Positions 12,961 to 25,319 of a stretch of DNA of 64,000 bases are shown piece after piece. The notes under the pieces were generated by a model. The model searched no databases. It had not been told where the DNA came from and saw nothing but the letters and a program-made list of their open reading frames with translations. The DNA is from Octopus vulgaris (taxonomy: Eukaryota), in contig OX597823.1 in assembly GCA_951406725.2 (NCBI GenBank), positions 110,918,001 through 110,982,000 of the forward strand, in the 5' to 3' direction. Position 1 is the first letter of the stretch. Every line of letters begins with the position of its first letter. The position numbers and the translations under genes were made by a program.

Positions 12961-13594
12961 ACTAGTAAATACAGTAAATCATAGTAGACCTGGGGGCTAA
13001 ACACCAACACCAAAATCTATAATATGTCAGTTCAGGGTTGACCTAGCCCTAAACAACAAGGTATTTAAAGATCTTTTACCAACTGCAGGAACCAAAAGTG
13101 CTTAAACTTTATCAAAACAGAAGTTTAAGAAACCTTTGATTGATGTTTGGTAAGGTGTGTATCCAATAACTAGAAGACCCCATAGATACAGGTATCTGGT
13201 TTTTGAGACCAAGAACGAAGTAAACACACACACAGTCTTGTGCCAGAGCACATGGGTTTTATAAACACTTGGATCATACCAGAGTATGGATGTATACCCT
13301 GGCAGAATCCCGTGTATTCTGTACAAAATGCTAAACATCATTTCTGGCTTTTTCTGTTGTGAAATCAAACTCAAAGTCAACTTGCGGAATTGATAAAATT
13401 AAGAATCAATCAAGAATCGGGGTTGATATTATCAAGTTTTTCCTCTCTTCAAAATTGATGACTTTAGAAAGAAATATTATTATTATTAACATTTCCCTTG
13501 TTGCTGTCATGTTTTATATATGTGCCAAGTCTCAACTAGAAACTTCAAGTAACAGCAAGATGGACATACCTATATATACAAACATATATACAAT

Positions 13595-13972
13595 GGGCTT
13601 CTTTCAGTTTCTGTCTACCAAATCCACTCACAGAGTGGTTGGCATTAGGAAGGACATCCAGCTATAGAAACTCTACCAGATCAGATTGGAGCCTGGTGCA
13701 GCCATCTTGCTCACCAGTCCTCAATCAAACCATCTAGCCCATGCCAGCATAGAAAGTGGACGTTAAACGATGATGATGATGATGATAATGATATATATAT
13801 CTATATGTACGACAAAATTTTTTCAGTTTCCGTCTACCAAATCCACTCACAAGGCTTTGGTCGGACCGAGGCTATAGTAGAAAACACTTACCCAAGGTGT
13901 TACACAGGGGGACTGAACTTGGAACCACGTGGTTCATAAGCAAGCTACTTATCACACAGCCACTCCTGCACC
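13595..13972. mobile_element. Composite: SINE A fragment, RTE 3' tail (plus, about 13630-13792) and SINE A head (minus, 13808-13972)
   Basis: gagtggttggcattaggaagg..gacgttaaacgatgatgat lies between two copies of tttcagtttc(t/c)gtctaccaaatccactcaca. Confidence 0.8.
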
Positions 13973-14392
13973 TATATATAATTTTTTTTTTAACAGAGGT
14001 ACCATGGTCTGCTGCAATTTACATAACTGTGAGCAACCATCTTTCGTCAATGTGACTTTCACTACAGTATCTGTTCTGATCATCTGAAGAACTTGATCAG
14101 ACCAAAGAGCAGTGGCGATTTTATTTTCTACTACTTTGGCAGGTTTATTTTCCTTCTAGTTCTTCTAATACGGGGTCCAAACTGATGGCATATGATCAAG
14201 CGCGAATACTGATCAAGTCTAAAACAGCAATTAGTATGTTCTTTGAAGCTAGCATCGAACAAACGGATCTCAGGTTGCCAATTATTACAAAGGTGGCAGG
14301 TAAGATCAGCATTGTTTGAAGAATGCTGGCTTGTTAGTTTTTAATGAACAGATACTGATCCTGAGCTGCTAAAATGTAACCCTCTATTTTTG

Positions 14393-14452
14393 TTAATAAT
14401 AATAACATCAGCAGCAACAGCAACAACAACAACAATCATGATGATGATGATG

Positions 14453-14504
<52 letters not shown>

Positions 14505-14526
14505 GGATGATGATGATAATGATGAA

Positions 14527-14564
<38 letters not shown>

Positions 14565-14851
14565 GGATGATGATGATGAGGATGATGATGATTTTCTTTT
14601 ATAGGTCACAAAGGCCCAAGACAATAATAATAATGATGATGATGATGATGATTATGATGATGATGAGGATGAAGGTGGTGGTGGTGGTGGTGGTGGTGAT
14701 GAGATGATGCTGATGATGATGCTGATGATAATGGTGATGATTTTCTTTTCTTGGTCACAAAAGCCCAAGACAATAATGATAACAATAATAATAATAATAA
14801 TAATAATAACAACAATAATAATAATGATAATAATAATGATATTAATGATAA

Positions 14852-14909
<58 letters not shown>

Positions 14910-14958
14910 GGTGGTGGTGGTAGTGGTGGTGGTAGTGGTAGTAGTAGTAGTAGTAGTG

Positions 14959-14995
<37 letters not shown>

Positions 14996-15034
14996 CAGCA
15001 GCAGTAGTAGTAGTAGTAGTAGTAATTAATAATG

Positions 15035-15082
<48 letters not shown>
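14393..15082. repeat. Compound trinucleotide microsatellite (TAA/TGA/TAG/TGG)
   Basis: Directly visible; includes a duplicated unique spacer ggtcacaaa(g/a)gcccaagacaataat. Confidence 0.95.
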
Positions 15083-15083
<1 letters not shown>

Positions 15084-15676
15084 GATCTATAATTCTGGCA
15101 GAGAGTTTTTTTCTTTTTGTTTTAGATTTAATATTATTGGTCATGACTGTAAACGTGTGTGTATGTGTGTGTATTAGTGGATGTATATTACTGTCTGAGA
15201 GTAATTATGTGCACGCTTGTGTGTTATTGTTTGTAGGTGGTGTGTGCATGTAGGTATTGTATTTCATATATTGTTGCAATTCATTTTCATATATATCAAA
15301 ATTATGTATTTTTTTTCTTCATATATGTTATTTATTTATCGACTTATTATCCTCATGTTTTTGTACAGTTATGTTTTATTTACTTTTTTCATTATGGTTT
15401 TTTTTTTTACAAAGAAAAGATTATATATTTGTTTGAAATGTGATAAGATGGAGTTGATATCACTGTTAATACAATTATTATCAACCACACACAACATCTG
15501 CACATGCATGCTCACAAACATATACGTTGGAGTTGTGAGCCATCCATATTCTTTAGCATATATGCAAACATAATTGATATAACCATAAATAATTAAACAC
15601 ACATATATATGCTTGTGTGTATACATCCATCCATACACACACACATATACAATATACATATATGTGTGTGTGTGTT

Positions 15677-15765
<89 letters not shown>

Positions 15766-16317
15766 TATATACATATATATATATATTTTTATATGTATGT
15801 ATATATATTTATAATTCTTATTTATCTGATTGTATTTATGTTGTACTTTTTCCCTCACTGTCTGTGTGTGTATATATGAAAGCCTGTTTATATATATGCA
15901 TGTGTGTGTAAAATTGCAAATAGAGAATATAACAGGAAATAGCCAGTGTATAATTGGAATCTAAAATGTAGGGGGTCTGGGAATGTGAAATGAAATATGA
16001 TTCCATTATGTCATGTGACTACAAAATAATTGGATATAAATTATAATTAATCACCAACTCAGTGATGTTATAAACACGTGAGAATCTGTGATGGAACAGA
16101 AGGTAGAAAAAAACTGAAATAATTATTTACCCAGAACCCCTCTTCATATCTGTGTGTGTTTGTTTATGTTTGTGGATTGTATGAGCAAAGCATGGAACAT
16201 GCAAGCCATATCCTGGCCTTCCAGCATTTGGCTGGGGGAAGTTACTTTAATAAAGGACTAAGAAGCATAGAATGGATTTGTATTTTTCCCCACATGGGAC
16301 AACATGTCTAGTACTGT

Positions 16318-16543
16318 TGAGCTGGCAGAAACGTTAGCACACTGGGCGAAATGCCTAGCGTTATTGCGTCTGTCGTTGCGTTCTGAGTTCAAATTCCGCC
16401 GAGGTCCACTTTGCCTTTCATCCTTTCGGGGTTGATAAATTAAGTACCAGTTACACACCGGGGTCGATGTAATCGACTTAATCCGTTCGTCTGTCCTTGT
16501 TTGTCCCCTCTATGTTTAGCCCCTTGTGAGCAATAAAGAAACA
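16318..16543 (+). mobile_element. SINE family B, young
   Basis: gagctggcagaaacgttagcac..gagttcaaattccgccgagg..ttagccccttgtg..aataaagaaa. Confidence 0.9.
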
Positions 16544-16580
16544 GATATAGTGTATTGAGTACACTTTGTCTATTTTTAAG

Positions 16581-16651
16581 TGATAGCAAGAGTGTCTGGC
16601 TCTAAAAATTATATATCTAAAAATGGAATTTATGAGCAAGATGTGGATTTG
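16581..16651 (+). CDS. Candidate small internal exon (IARVSGSKNYISKNGIYEQDVDL), unverified
   Basis: Acceptor ctttgtctatttttaag, donor TTG|gtaaat, open frame; no recognised homology. Confidence 0.2.
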
Positions 16652-16862
16652 GTAAATTACCTCGAAATAACCCATCTAGGATGGCAAATATCTTATCTCA
16701 GAACCGAATGATACAAGGAGATAAAAACCTTTAGTCCTCATGAGAGGACTAGACTTTTTCACTTATAGTTGGTCATTTCAATCATAAAATTAATAGCAAG
16801 GATAAGCAATGAAATCTTGTTATAAATGGCATAAAATTTTAAAATTGGAAAATGTATTATAG

Positions 16863-17007
16863 TTTACATTACTTACATTTGACGGGTATTTGTCCTCATC
16901 TTGTTTGTTGTTAACACAACATTTCGGCTGATATACCCTCCAGCCTTCATCAGGTGTCTTCGGGAAATTTCGAACTTGGGTTCTTATTCCTAAGGTATTT
17001 TTTGACG
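16863..17007 (-). mobile_element. Penelope-like terminal-repeat fragment carrying a minimal hammerhead (16913-16958)
   Basis: Minus strand gacac-CTGATGA-a-ggctg-gagggtatat-cagcc-GAAA-tg-TT-gtgtt; second copy at 60352-60527; abuts (TTA)n. Confidence 0.7.
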
Positions 17008-17031
17008 TTATTATTATTATTATTATTATTA

Positions 17032-17103
<72 letters not shown>

Positions 17104-17104
<1 letters not shown>

Positions 17105-18750
17105 TCTTTTTTTTCTTCTTTCAAATTTGCTTCCATTTCTTGCCGAGTGTCTTCCCGACTCCTAGGGCAAAGAAACTCATAGTGTATATTGGTAGGCCAT
17201 TAAACCAAACTCAGTAGTTCGTTCATTTTTTTATTTTTTTAAAGTTAAATTAAAATACATGAGCAGCAACAGTTCTCACATCGACAATGCTCTTCTCAAT
17301 ACGTGTGATGTACCAGTTAAGACAATCTTTTGCACTTCTTGCAGGGATGGTAAGCCAGGGATCATTCTCATATAATTTTCGGTTCCCTTCTTGATCATTC
17401 CTAATGCTCCTACGATCACTGGTATTGTAACCGCCTTGAGATGCCACATTTTCTCAATTTCAATGAGTAGGTCTTTATATTTTCTGAGCTTGTCAAACTC
17501 TTTCGCTGAGATATTATGATCACAGGGGATGCTCATGTCGATCAATAAGCAAACTTTATTGATTTGGTCTTTCACAATAATATCTGGTTTATTGGCCTTG
17601 ATGGTTCGGTCTGTATGTACTGGAAAGTCCCACAGAATGGTTACATTTTCTCCTTCAGTTACAGCCTCAGGGTGGTGATTATACCACTTGTCGGCAGTTT
17701 TGATATTGTAATGCCGACTTATTAGCCAGTGTAGATATTGGCCAACTCTGTCATGTCTTAATTTATACTCCACTGGTGCTAAGACTTTACATCCAGAGAT
17801 TAGGTGGTCCACTGTTTCAATCATGTCGTTGCAGAATCGGCATTTTGGGTCTGCTCCATTTTTCATCACATTCGCCTGGTAGTTCCGGGTTAATAGGCTT
17901 TGATCTTGAGCAGCCAGGATGAAACCTTCGCTCTCTGCTTTTAGCCCTGAGCTCCGTAGCCACTGATGGGTTTGCTTCTGGTCAACATCAGCTTGTTTGC
18001 TTCGGGTCACAAATTTGCCGTGCAGAGGTATCTCCTCCCACCTATCAGCCAATTGCTCGTGCGCTTTATTCATTGCCATCATTTTCACCTTCTTTGCAAC
18101 AATAGTTGCCGTACTTCCCTCGGGTTGTTCAGTTTGGGTATCCTGCACGAGATCAATAGCAAATTTTTTGCTTTCCTTGATGATAGAATGAAGCTTCTTT
18201 CGTCTCTCGTGATTTTCCACGAGCTTTAGCATCCAGTCATTCGATATTTCGAGATATTTGGCCAGTCCAATTGTGGTTATTTTGTAAGCTAGTTCAAATG
18301 GGATCAGGCCTCGACCTCCTTGGGCTCTGGGAAGGTAAAGGTGATCTACATCTGCCTTTGGGTGGTGCATCCTATTACAACTCAGCAGCTTGCGTATTTT
18401 TCTATCTATATTCTTTACTTCACTCATATTCCAGTTCAACACATTGTAGCTATAAGTAACAACTGGAACTGCTAAGGAATTTATAGCTAACACCTTGTTA
18501 CGTGCATTTAGTTCAGATTTCAGGACTGCACGAACTCTCCTATAACATTCCTTCCTGATTTTCTCTTTCATGCTTGCATGCTGAATACCAGAGCCTTCAT
18601 TTATCCCTAAATATTTGTATGTTTGCTCTTGCTCAAGCTCTCTTATGACTGTGTCAACATCTAACACGACTGAATTTGTGGTCTTCACTTTCCCTTTCTG
18701 GAAAGTGGCCTTGGCACACTTCTCAAGTCCAAACTCCATCCCAATGTCAT
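17104..18750 (-). mobile_element. R4/Dong-clade non-LTR retrotransposon, 5'-truncated, inserted in (TAA)n
   Basis: Flanked on both sides by TTA runs (17008-17103, 18751-18792); about 170-bp 3'UTR ending in an A-rich tail; ORF described separately. Confidence 0.92.
17276..18739 (-). CDS. Partial retrotransposon polyprotein: RT C-terminus/thumb, CCHC zinc knuckle and restriction-like endonuclease
   Basis: 487-aa uninterrupted frame with (D)IGMEFGLEKCA, YKYLG, LYLPRAQGGRGL, CRFC-x8-HLISGC, RHD, ILWDF, KPDII..LLIDMSIP..KLRKYKDL (PD-D/ExK nuclease). The start is a truncation point, not a true initiator. Confidence 0.93.
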   Translation of the reverse strand: MEFGLEKCAKATFQKGKVKTTNSVVLDVDTVIRELEQEQTYKYLGINEGSGIQHASMKEKIRKECYRRVRAVLKSELNARNKVLAINSLAVPVVTYSYNVLNWNMSEVKNIDRKIRKLLSCNRMHHPKADVDHLYLPRAQGGRGLIPFELAYKITTIGLAKYLEISNDWMLKLVENHERRKKLHSIIKESKKFAIDLVQDTQTEQPEGSTATIVAKKVKMMAMNKAHEQLADRWEEIPLHGKFVTRSKQADVDQKQTHQWLRSSGLKAESEGFILAAQDQSLLTRNYQANVMKNGADPKCRFCNDMIETVDHLISGCKVLAPVEYKLRHDRVGQYLHWLISRHYNIKTADKWYNHHPEAVTEGENVTILWDFPVHTDRTIKANKPDIIVKDQINKVCLLIDMSIPCDHNISAKEFDKLRKYKDLLIEIEKMWHLKAVTIPVIVGALGMIKKGTENYMRMIPGLPSLQEVQKIVLTGTSHVLRRALSM

Positions 18751-18758
18751 ATTATTAA

Positions 18759-18792
<34 letters not shown>

Positions 18793-19303
18793 GAGTGAGA
18801 GAGCGGTGCAAGCCATCAAAGTGATACTGGGGTAAAATATACAAAGCCCAGTTTGATAAGGGTGCACCAGCTACATGCATCACAACCATATGTGCATGAC
18901 ATGGTGATCTCATATCAAAATAAACAGCACATGACCTTGCAGGTAGGGCCCAGTTAACATTTTCTTCTGGTAGAGTAACCCATCCCTCTCAAAAGGTCCC
19001 TGAATAAGGGTTGTTTAAAGATGTTGAAAGAACCACCCGTGTTTCCAGAGGTGAATTATTCAAACCCCAAAGAATCCCTCTTAACACATGGCTACTGATC
19101 AGAGATGCACATGTCGTCAGCCACTAAGGGACATGCTCAACTGGTTAAGGTCACACAACTGACAAGCAAACCTGTGGTATTGAGCAGAATATTTGCTGTA
19201 GCCCATCTTTTATACCAAGACAAAACAATGTGCATGATAACACTTCCAATCAGTTAAGAACAGAAGCCACGAGAGCCACTGCCTGGTACTGCATCAGGGC
19301 ATT
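18793..19303. mobile_element. About 510-bp non-coding element embedded in (TTA)n; probable TAA-targeting non-autonomous repeat
   Basis: Complex sequence with sharp borders into TTA runs on both sides and no ORF. Confidence 0.5.
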
Positions 19304-19350
19304 TATTATTATTTATTATTATTATTATTATTATTGTTGTTGTTGTTGTC

Positions 19351-19404
<54 letters not shown>

Positions 19405-19902
19405 TATTATTATTATTGTTGTTGTTGTTGCTGTTGTCATTATTATTATTATTATCATTCAGTAGTTTTATTTTTATAGTGTGCTTTCACTTCACTACCG
19501 AGCACAGCTCTGTGTACCTTGGGTATGTGCTGTGGTTTGTTGTGATGCTCTTATGGTTACTGTATTGAAAGTGTTTTATTATAATTATGATTATTATTAT
19601 TATTCAGAAATAATAATAACAACAACAACAACAACAACAACAAATTAAGTACCAGTTACGCACTGGAGTCGATGTAATCAACTTAATTCGTGAAAGGATA
19701 ACTTCTTTCTTCCCAATTGTCTTGAAGATTCTGTACAGAATTCTTGGAACTGTGCTTTCTTCATTTGGCTGAGTAAAATTATGAATAAAACATAAAATTA
19801 AAAAACAGTTTCTCCTTTTTTTCAACTCAAAGCACCAGATAAATTGACTTTTCAGAATATCAATTCTCTGAAATTCCCTCTTTGCTTATATCTTTCGTAC
19901 AG

Positions 19903-19966
19903 GTATTGTTTTGCAATAATTGATGAGACTGGTATCTTTCTCACTAGTCTAAAAAGACCTGTAAAG
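19903..19966 (+). CDS. Candidate small internal exon (YCFAIIDETGIFLTSLKRPVK), unverified
   Basis: Strong acceptor ctctttgcttatatctttcgtacag, weak donor AAG|gttata; phase does not chain directly to the 16581 candidate. Confidence 0.2.
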
Positions 19967-20391
19967 GTTATATGGGCATTGCCCTTTTCTCTAGATCTAT
20001 CAATTAAGAAAATAGATAGTACAACTCCAATATTTGCTTATATTTGCCAATAAAAATATAACAGTCTTGCAACTTAGTGGAAGAGAAAGCAAAACCACTG
20101 GGTCATCTCCAAAATATGACTGATCACTGACAACTTTAATTTGCTTATTTCTGTGAAAAAATTGTCGGAAAAATTTGCCCAATTAAATGAAAATCTCGAA
20201 AATTCTATCCAAAAGTCACAATTCATAATCCAATTAGCAAATTACGAGACAAACACGTTCACAAATAATTGAAATTACTTTTATAATAAAGAACGGTAAG
20301 CAACAAAATATCCATCTCCTCCATCCCTACCTCCTTGCTTATCTATCCATCAGCACATACACATCATACACACAAACAAATATATACACAT

Positions 20392-20445
<54 letters not shown>

Positions 20446-20446
20446 G

Positions 20447-20547
<101 letters not shown>

Positions 20548-20904
20548 GTATATATATATATATGTATATATATATGTATATATATATGTGTGTGTATGTA
20601 TGTATGTAGAGAGAAAAATGGAAGGGGAGGGAGATAGATGCAAACAGGCATATACGTACACATATACACATGCATATTTGTTTAGACACATTCACACACA
20701 CACTCATCTGTTTATCTATCTTTATATATATCTGTCTAGACGCAAACACCTAATCATTCTACCACTCTTTACCGTTCCATTTTCTTTTCACCCTGACATA
20801 TTGTTTTTATAGAATTAACTTTTATGTTAAACTCTTCAAGTTAAAACCTCCAGGATTATCTTGTTATTAATCTCTCAAAATGAAACACAAGAATGAGCTA
20901 ATGA

Positions 20905-21110
20905 GGGAGCCTTCACGGTGATCAAACTGCTAGAAATAGCAACCAAATTTCTGTGAAACTAATGCAACTGTCATGAAAAATTGAGGAAAAGAATACACTC
21001 TGGATTATATATTCCAAGATATCCCTAAAATAGATGGCTAGATATGGTTGGAACCTCTTTGAGCACAGTTCTGCATCATTATAGTTGGCATGAGGCTAAA
21101 TGACACCAAA
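20905..21110 (+). repeat. Old dispersed repeat (family E)
   Basis: gctagaaatagcaaccaaat.. motif recurs degenerately near 12498, 27550, 32630 and 56475. Confidence 0.5.
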
Positions 21111-21309
21111 AAGAATAACTAGTTTTATTATAAACTGATGCTAAGATTTTCTGAGATTCTTCAAAGAACTTGACCATTTATTATTAAGAGGAAGCTAACA
21201 TACTTGAACTTAGCCAATCAAAAATGCTTAATTAATTACAATTACACTTGAATTAATGAAGAGCAAAAGTCATTAATTTTTATGAAAATGAATTCAATTT
21301 TATTCATTT

Positions 21310-21429
21310 ATTCTTTTTACTTGATTTAGTCGTTGAACTGCAGCCAAGCTGTGGCACTATTTTGAAGGGTTTAGTTCGTCAAATTGACCCCAGTACTATT
21401 TGGTACTTATTCTGTCAAGCACTTTTATG

Positions 21430-21463
<34 letters not shown>

Positions 21464-21585
21464 AGGTTTGCATCTATTAAATTTCCTCAAAATACATTAG
21501 CTGTAGAAGGCATTTGCCAAAATGCTGTGCTTTTGGATTGAACTTAAATCCACATGGTTGCAAAGGGGTCTTCTTAACCACATGG
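21310..21585 (-). mobile_element. Old SINE family A copy
   Basis: ttttacttg..ttagtc..gaccccagtact..tagaaggcatttgccaaaatg..cttaaccaca, a degenerate reverse complement of family A. Confidence 0.6.
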
Positions 21586-22485
21586 TCAATCTTGAGAATG
21601 ATTAATTGCAGACACGAAATAAAAGAGAAACAAGCCTAAAAATCCAAATTAATAAAAATTAAATACAAACATGCAGCAGGCAGTGAATCTGATCTTTGGT
21701 TAGCAGGGAGACAACTATTGCCATGTTCTAGTATTATTTGACCTTCTCAGTAAAATAAAAATCTTCGGTTATGTTTACTTTGGATATGACACATTAATTT
21801 GGTCCTCATCTATAAAAACCAACAGCAATTTCACTACTATGCTAGAACCCTCGTACCTCATCTATCTGTGGCATTCATGATTATTAATACATTTTTCTGC
21901 TATTCTAGATTTTCATGGTTTTTCACTGAGAAAACAGCAACACAAGAAAGATGCTTCGCATTCTTTTGATCTTGATCTAAACTAGCATCTTATCAATATT
22001 TATGCATGTGAGTGTGGATGTGGATGTAAATATATTTGTGCCTTTAAGTAAGCTTCTTCATGTGTCTATTTTTTTTATGTATGTTTACATGTGTGTGTAT
22101 GTTTGCATGAACATGGCTATATATATGTGCATTGGTTGGATGGACATCCACACAGACCATTCATGCTGTATATTATTTGTATGTTTTTCTTATGGATAAA
22201 AACATTTTGTATGTTTGTATGTGTCTATTTGGATAAAAACTCATAAAATTTCTACGCATTTCCTACAATTTCTAGGTTTCATAAAGCTCGTATCTTGGAC
22301 TGATGAAAGCCCAAAGAATGGTTTCACCTGAGTGGATTTCTATGAAGAACATGGAGTATTTTGTTGAGCTGGAGAGCATAAGTGTGTGTAGATATAAATA
22401 TACATACATATATACAATATATACACATAACATATACGTACATACATATATATATTTATATGTATATACAGATATATATATATTC

Positions 22486-22517
<32 letters not shown>

Positions 22518-22582
22518 ATATATGTATATATATGTATATATATACATATGTGTGTGTATATATATAAATATATATATATGCA

Positions 22583-22642
<60 letters not shown>

Positions 22643-23009
22643 TATAGATATATATATCATATATGCATGTATATATGTATATATATATACATACATATAT
22701 ATATATATATTATGCATATATACATGCATACATAGCAGTGTGTATATAACTCCTGTTTGAAAATATTGATAGTATATTCGAACAGATAAAATCAATCAAT
22801 ATTCATATAACTAGTTAAACATTATCTGTTTCTTCTCCACAATAAAACATGCTTAAAATGATGTTGCCTATTGATAGTGAAGCTGTCATTGTTGTTGTTC
22901 TTAGTATTGTTGTCATTGCGGCAGTTGTTGTTGTTGTTATTGTTCTTTTTGCTTTCCCTTTTGGTGTAGTTTTTGTTTAATGTTCTTTGTCTTGTTGCTT
23001 TTGATATCG

Positions 23010-23460
23010 TTTCTTCTTCTTCTCCTTCTTCTTCTTCTTCTTCTTCTTCTTCTTCTCCTTCTTTTCTTCTCCTTCTTCTTCTTCTTCTTTTTTTTCTTCT
23101 TCTCCTTCTTCTTCTTCTTCTTCTTCTTCTTCTTCTTCTTCTTCTTCTTCTTCTTCTCCTTCTTCTTCATTTTCTTCTTTTTTCTTCTTCTTCATCTTCT
23201 TCTTCTTTTACTTCTTCTCCTCCTTCTTTCTTCATTTTCTTCTTTTCTTCTTCATTTTCTTCTTTTTCTTCTTCTTCTTCTTCTTCTTTTTCTTCTTCTT
23301 CTTCTTCTTCTTCTTCTTCATCATCATCATCATCATCTTCTTCTTCTCCTTCCCCTTTTTCCTTCTTCACCACCGCTACCACCAACACTGCTGCCACCAC
23401 CACTGCTACCCCCACCACTACTACCGCCGTCGCCACCACCTCCGCCGCCACCACCCAAAA
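23010..23460. repeat. (CTT)n/(CAT)n/(CCA)n microsatellite
   Basis: Directly visible; a second pure (CTT)n lies at about 23996-24137. Confidence 0.95.
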
Positions 23461-23674
23461 CAACAACACTGAACAAGCACTGTTATCACCACTGCATGTT
23501 GTTGTATGAATGCTTTCCAATCCCTCAGATAGTCATTTTGCTGGCTTAAGTTTTGGAAACTTGTACATGTGTGTGTGTACGTACATATATGCATGTGTAT
23601 GTGTATATTTGAGTATATATATGCATATCTGCATGTGTGTGTATGTGTGTGGATGTAAGCATATATATATTTTG

Positions 23675-23971
23675 TTTGTTCCTTCTCAAGCCATCCCTGG
23701 CTCATAAGGGCCGATTTACCAGTTTCCTTGGCGTATAGGTTCCCCACCTGGACAGGACGCCAGTCCGTCGCAGGTGAGCTGCAAGATGCAGGAGGAAAGA
23801 GTGAGAGAAAGTTGTGGTGAAAGAGTCTGCAGAAGTTCGCCATTACCTTCTGCCGGAGCCGCGTGGAGCTTAGGTGTTTTGCTCATAAACACACACATCG
23901 CCCAGTCTGAGATTGAACCCATGATCCCTCGACCACGAGTCCACTGCTCTAACCACTAGGCCATGTGCCTC
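23675..23971 (-). mobile_element. tRNA-derived SINE family C, tail type 1
   Basis: Minus head gaggcacatggcctagtggttagagcag (A-box)..ggttcaatctc (B-box); body aaacacctaagctccacg shared with 24720 and 53461. Confidence 0.85.
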
Positions 23972-24542
23972 TTGTCTTGTTGCTTTTGATATCGTTTCTT
24001 CTTCTTCTTCTTCTTCTTCTTCTTCTTCTTCTTCTTCTTCTTCTTCTTCTTCTTCTTCTTCTTCTTCTTCTTCTTCTTCTTCTTCTTCTTCTTCTTCTTC
24101 TTCTTCTTCTTCTTCTTCTTCTTCTTCTTCTTCTTCTATAGGTAGCAACTGTTTAATTTTAATAAGGTGAGAATTACAACAATGTGGCTTAATGTTTAAA
24201 TTAATTTGCTAGAATTTGAGGATGGATGAGTACCCTTGATTTCTGTGTTCGCCACTGGACTGATCGATATAGTTAATATTTAGACTGAACATCTTCAGGT
24301 CAATATCTCCAAGAAACACTTGTGGAGAGAGAAAACAAAATTCAATTAAACGGTGTTTTTGGTGGGCACCAGAAGGATTGGTAGAAAATAGATTTAGTTC
24401 ATTACAGAGATGTACTTGCATAGCAAGTGATTTGATCTGAGATCGTGTGCTGGAACGAAAACAATTGCAGCGTGGAAGGTGTTTATAAGCCATTTAAGAA
24501 ACACACAAAAACCGTTTGATTCACTTCAACATTTAAATTTAA

Positions 24543-24593
24543 TTTGTCAAAATATTTTCGTCCTTTTCGGATCGCGACCTGTTCACTGACAAA
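24543..24593 (-). ncRNA. Minimal type I hammerhead motif with G3:C8 core variant
   Basis: Minus strand tttgtca-GTGAACA-g-gtc..gac-GAAA-atat-TT-tgacaaa: 7-bp stem I, palindromic stem III, core positions 3 and 8 swapped but still complementary. Confidence 0.6.
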
Positions 24594-24714
24594 ACTTTAG
24601 TTCAGTATTTTGCAGATGAATGACGTCAGGAGTAAAGAGTGTGTGAAAGATGAGTTTATCTGTTGGATGCATTAACTAAGAGAAGTAGGGCTTGATGCTG
24701 ACTGATTGGGATGA

Positions 24715-25077
24715 TGGATGGAAGCACTCCGTCGGTCACGACGACGAGGGTTCCAGCTGATCCGATCAACGGTACAGCCTGCTCATGAAATTAACGTGTA
24801 AGTGGCTGAACACTCCACAGACACGTGTACCCTTAACGTAGTTCTCAGCGTGACACAGAGAGTGACAAGGCCGGCCCTTTGAAATACGGGTACAACAGAA
24901 ACAGGAAGTAAGAGTGAGAGAAAGTTGTGGTGAAAGAGTACAGCAGGAATCACCACCATCCCTGTAGGAGCTTCGTGGAGCTTTAGGTGTTTTCACTCAA
25001 TAAACACTCACAACGCCCGGTCTGGGAATCGAAACCGCGAGTTCGCTGCCCTAACCACTGGGCCAGTGCACCTCCAC
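24715..25077 (-). mobile_element. tRNA-derived SINE family C, tail type 2
   Basis: Minus head gtggaggtgcactggcccagtggttagggcag..ggtttcgattccc; shared body; distinct 3' region. Confidence 0.85.
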
Positions 25078-25319
25078 GATTGGGATGAGTTATCAAAACA
25101 CACACATGCCAACCTCTGAGCCACAAATACCCGGTGTTCCTTCAAAATTGACATCATTTCAAGTGTGAATATCTGCGTAGCAACACGTCCTATGCATACT
25201 AAATTGTATAGGCTTCATGTTGAATATTAAAAGATTTATTTATCAAAGTTTGAACAAGAGATTCAAAGGGATGTAGATTTTATAACCGATTTTACAAAGC
25301 TTCACAAACGTTCACTATA

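Noticed and set aside
22296-22330. CTGATGA with aagcc/ggttt stem
   Set aside because: No GAAA box after the stem.
23930-23971. tRNA-like A/B boxes in SINE heads (also 25020-25077, 53690-53763)
   Set aside because: No complete cloverleaf or acceptor stem; they continue into SINE bodies, so they are not tRNA genes.
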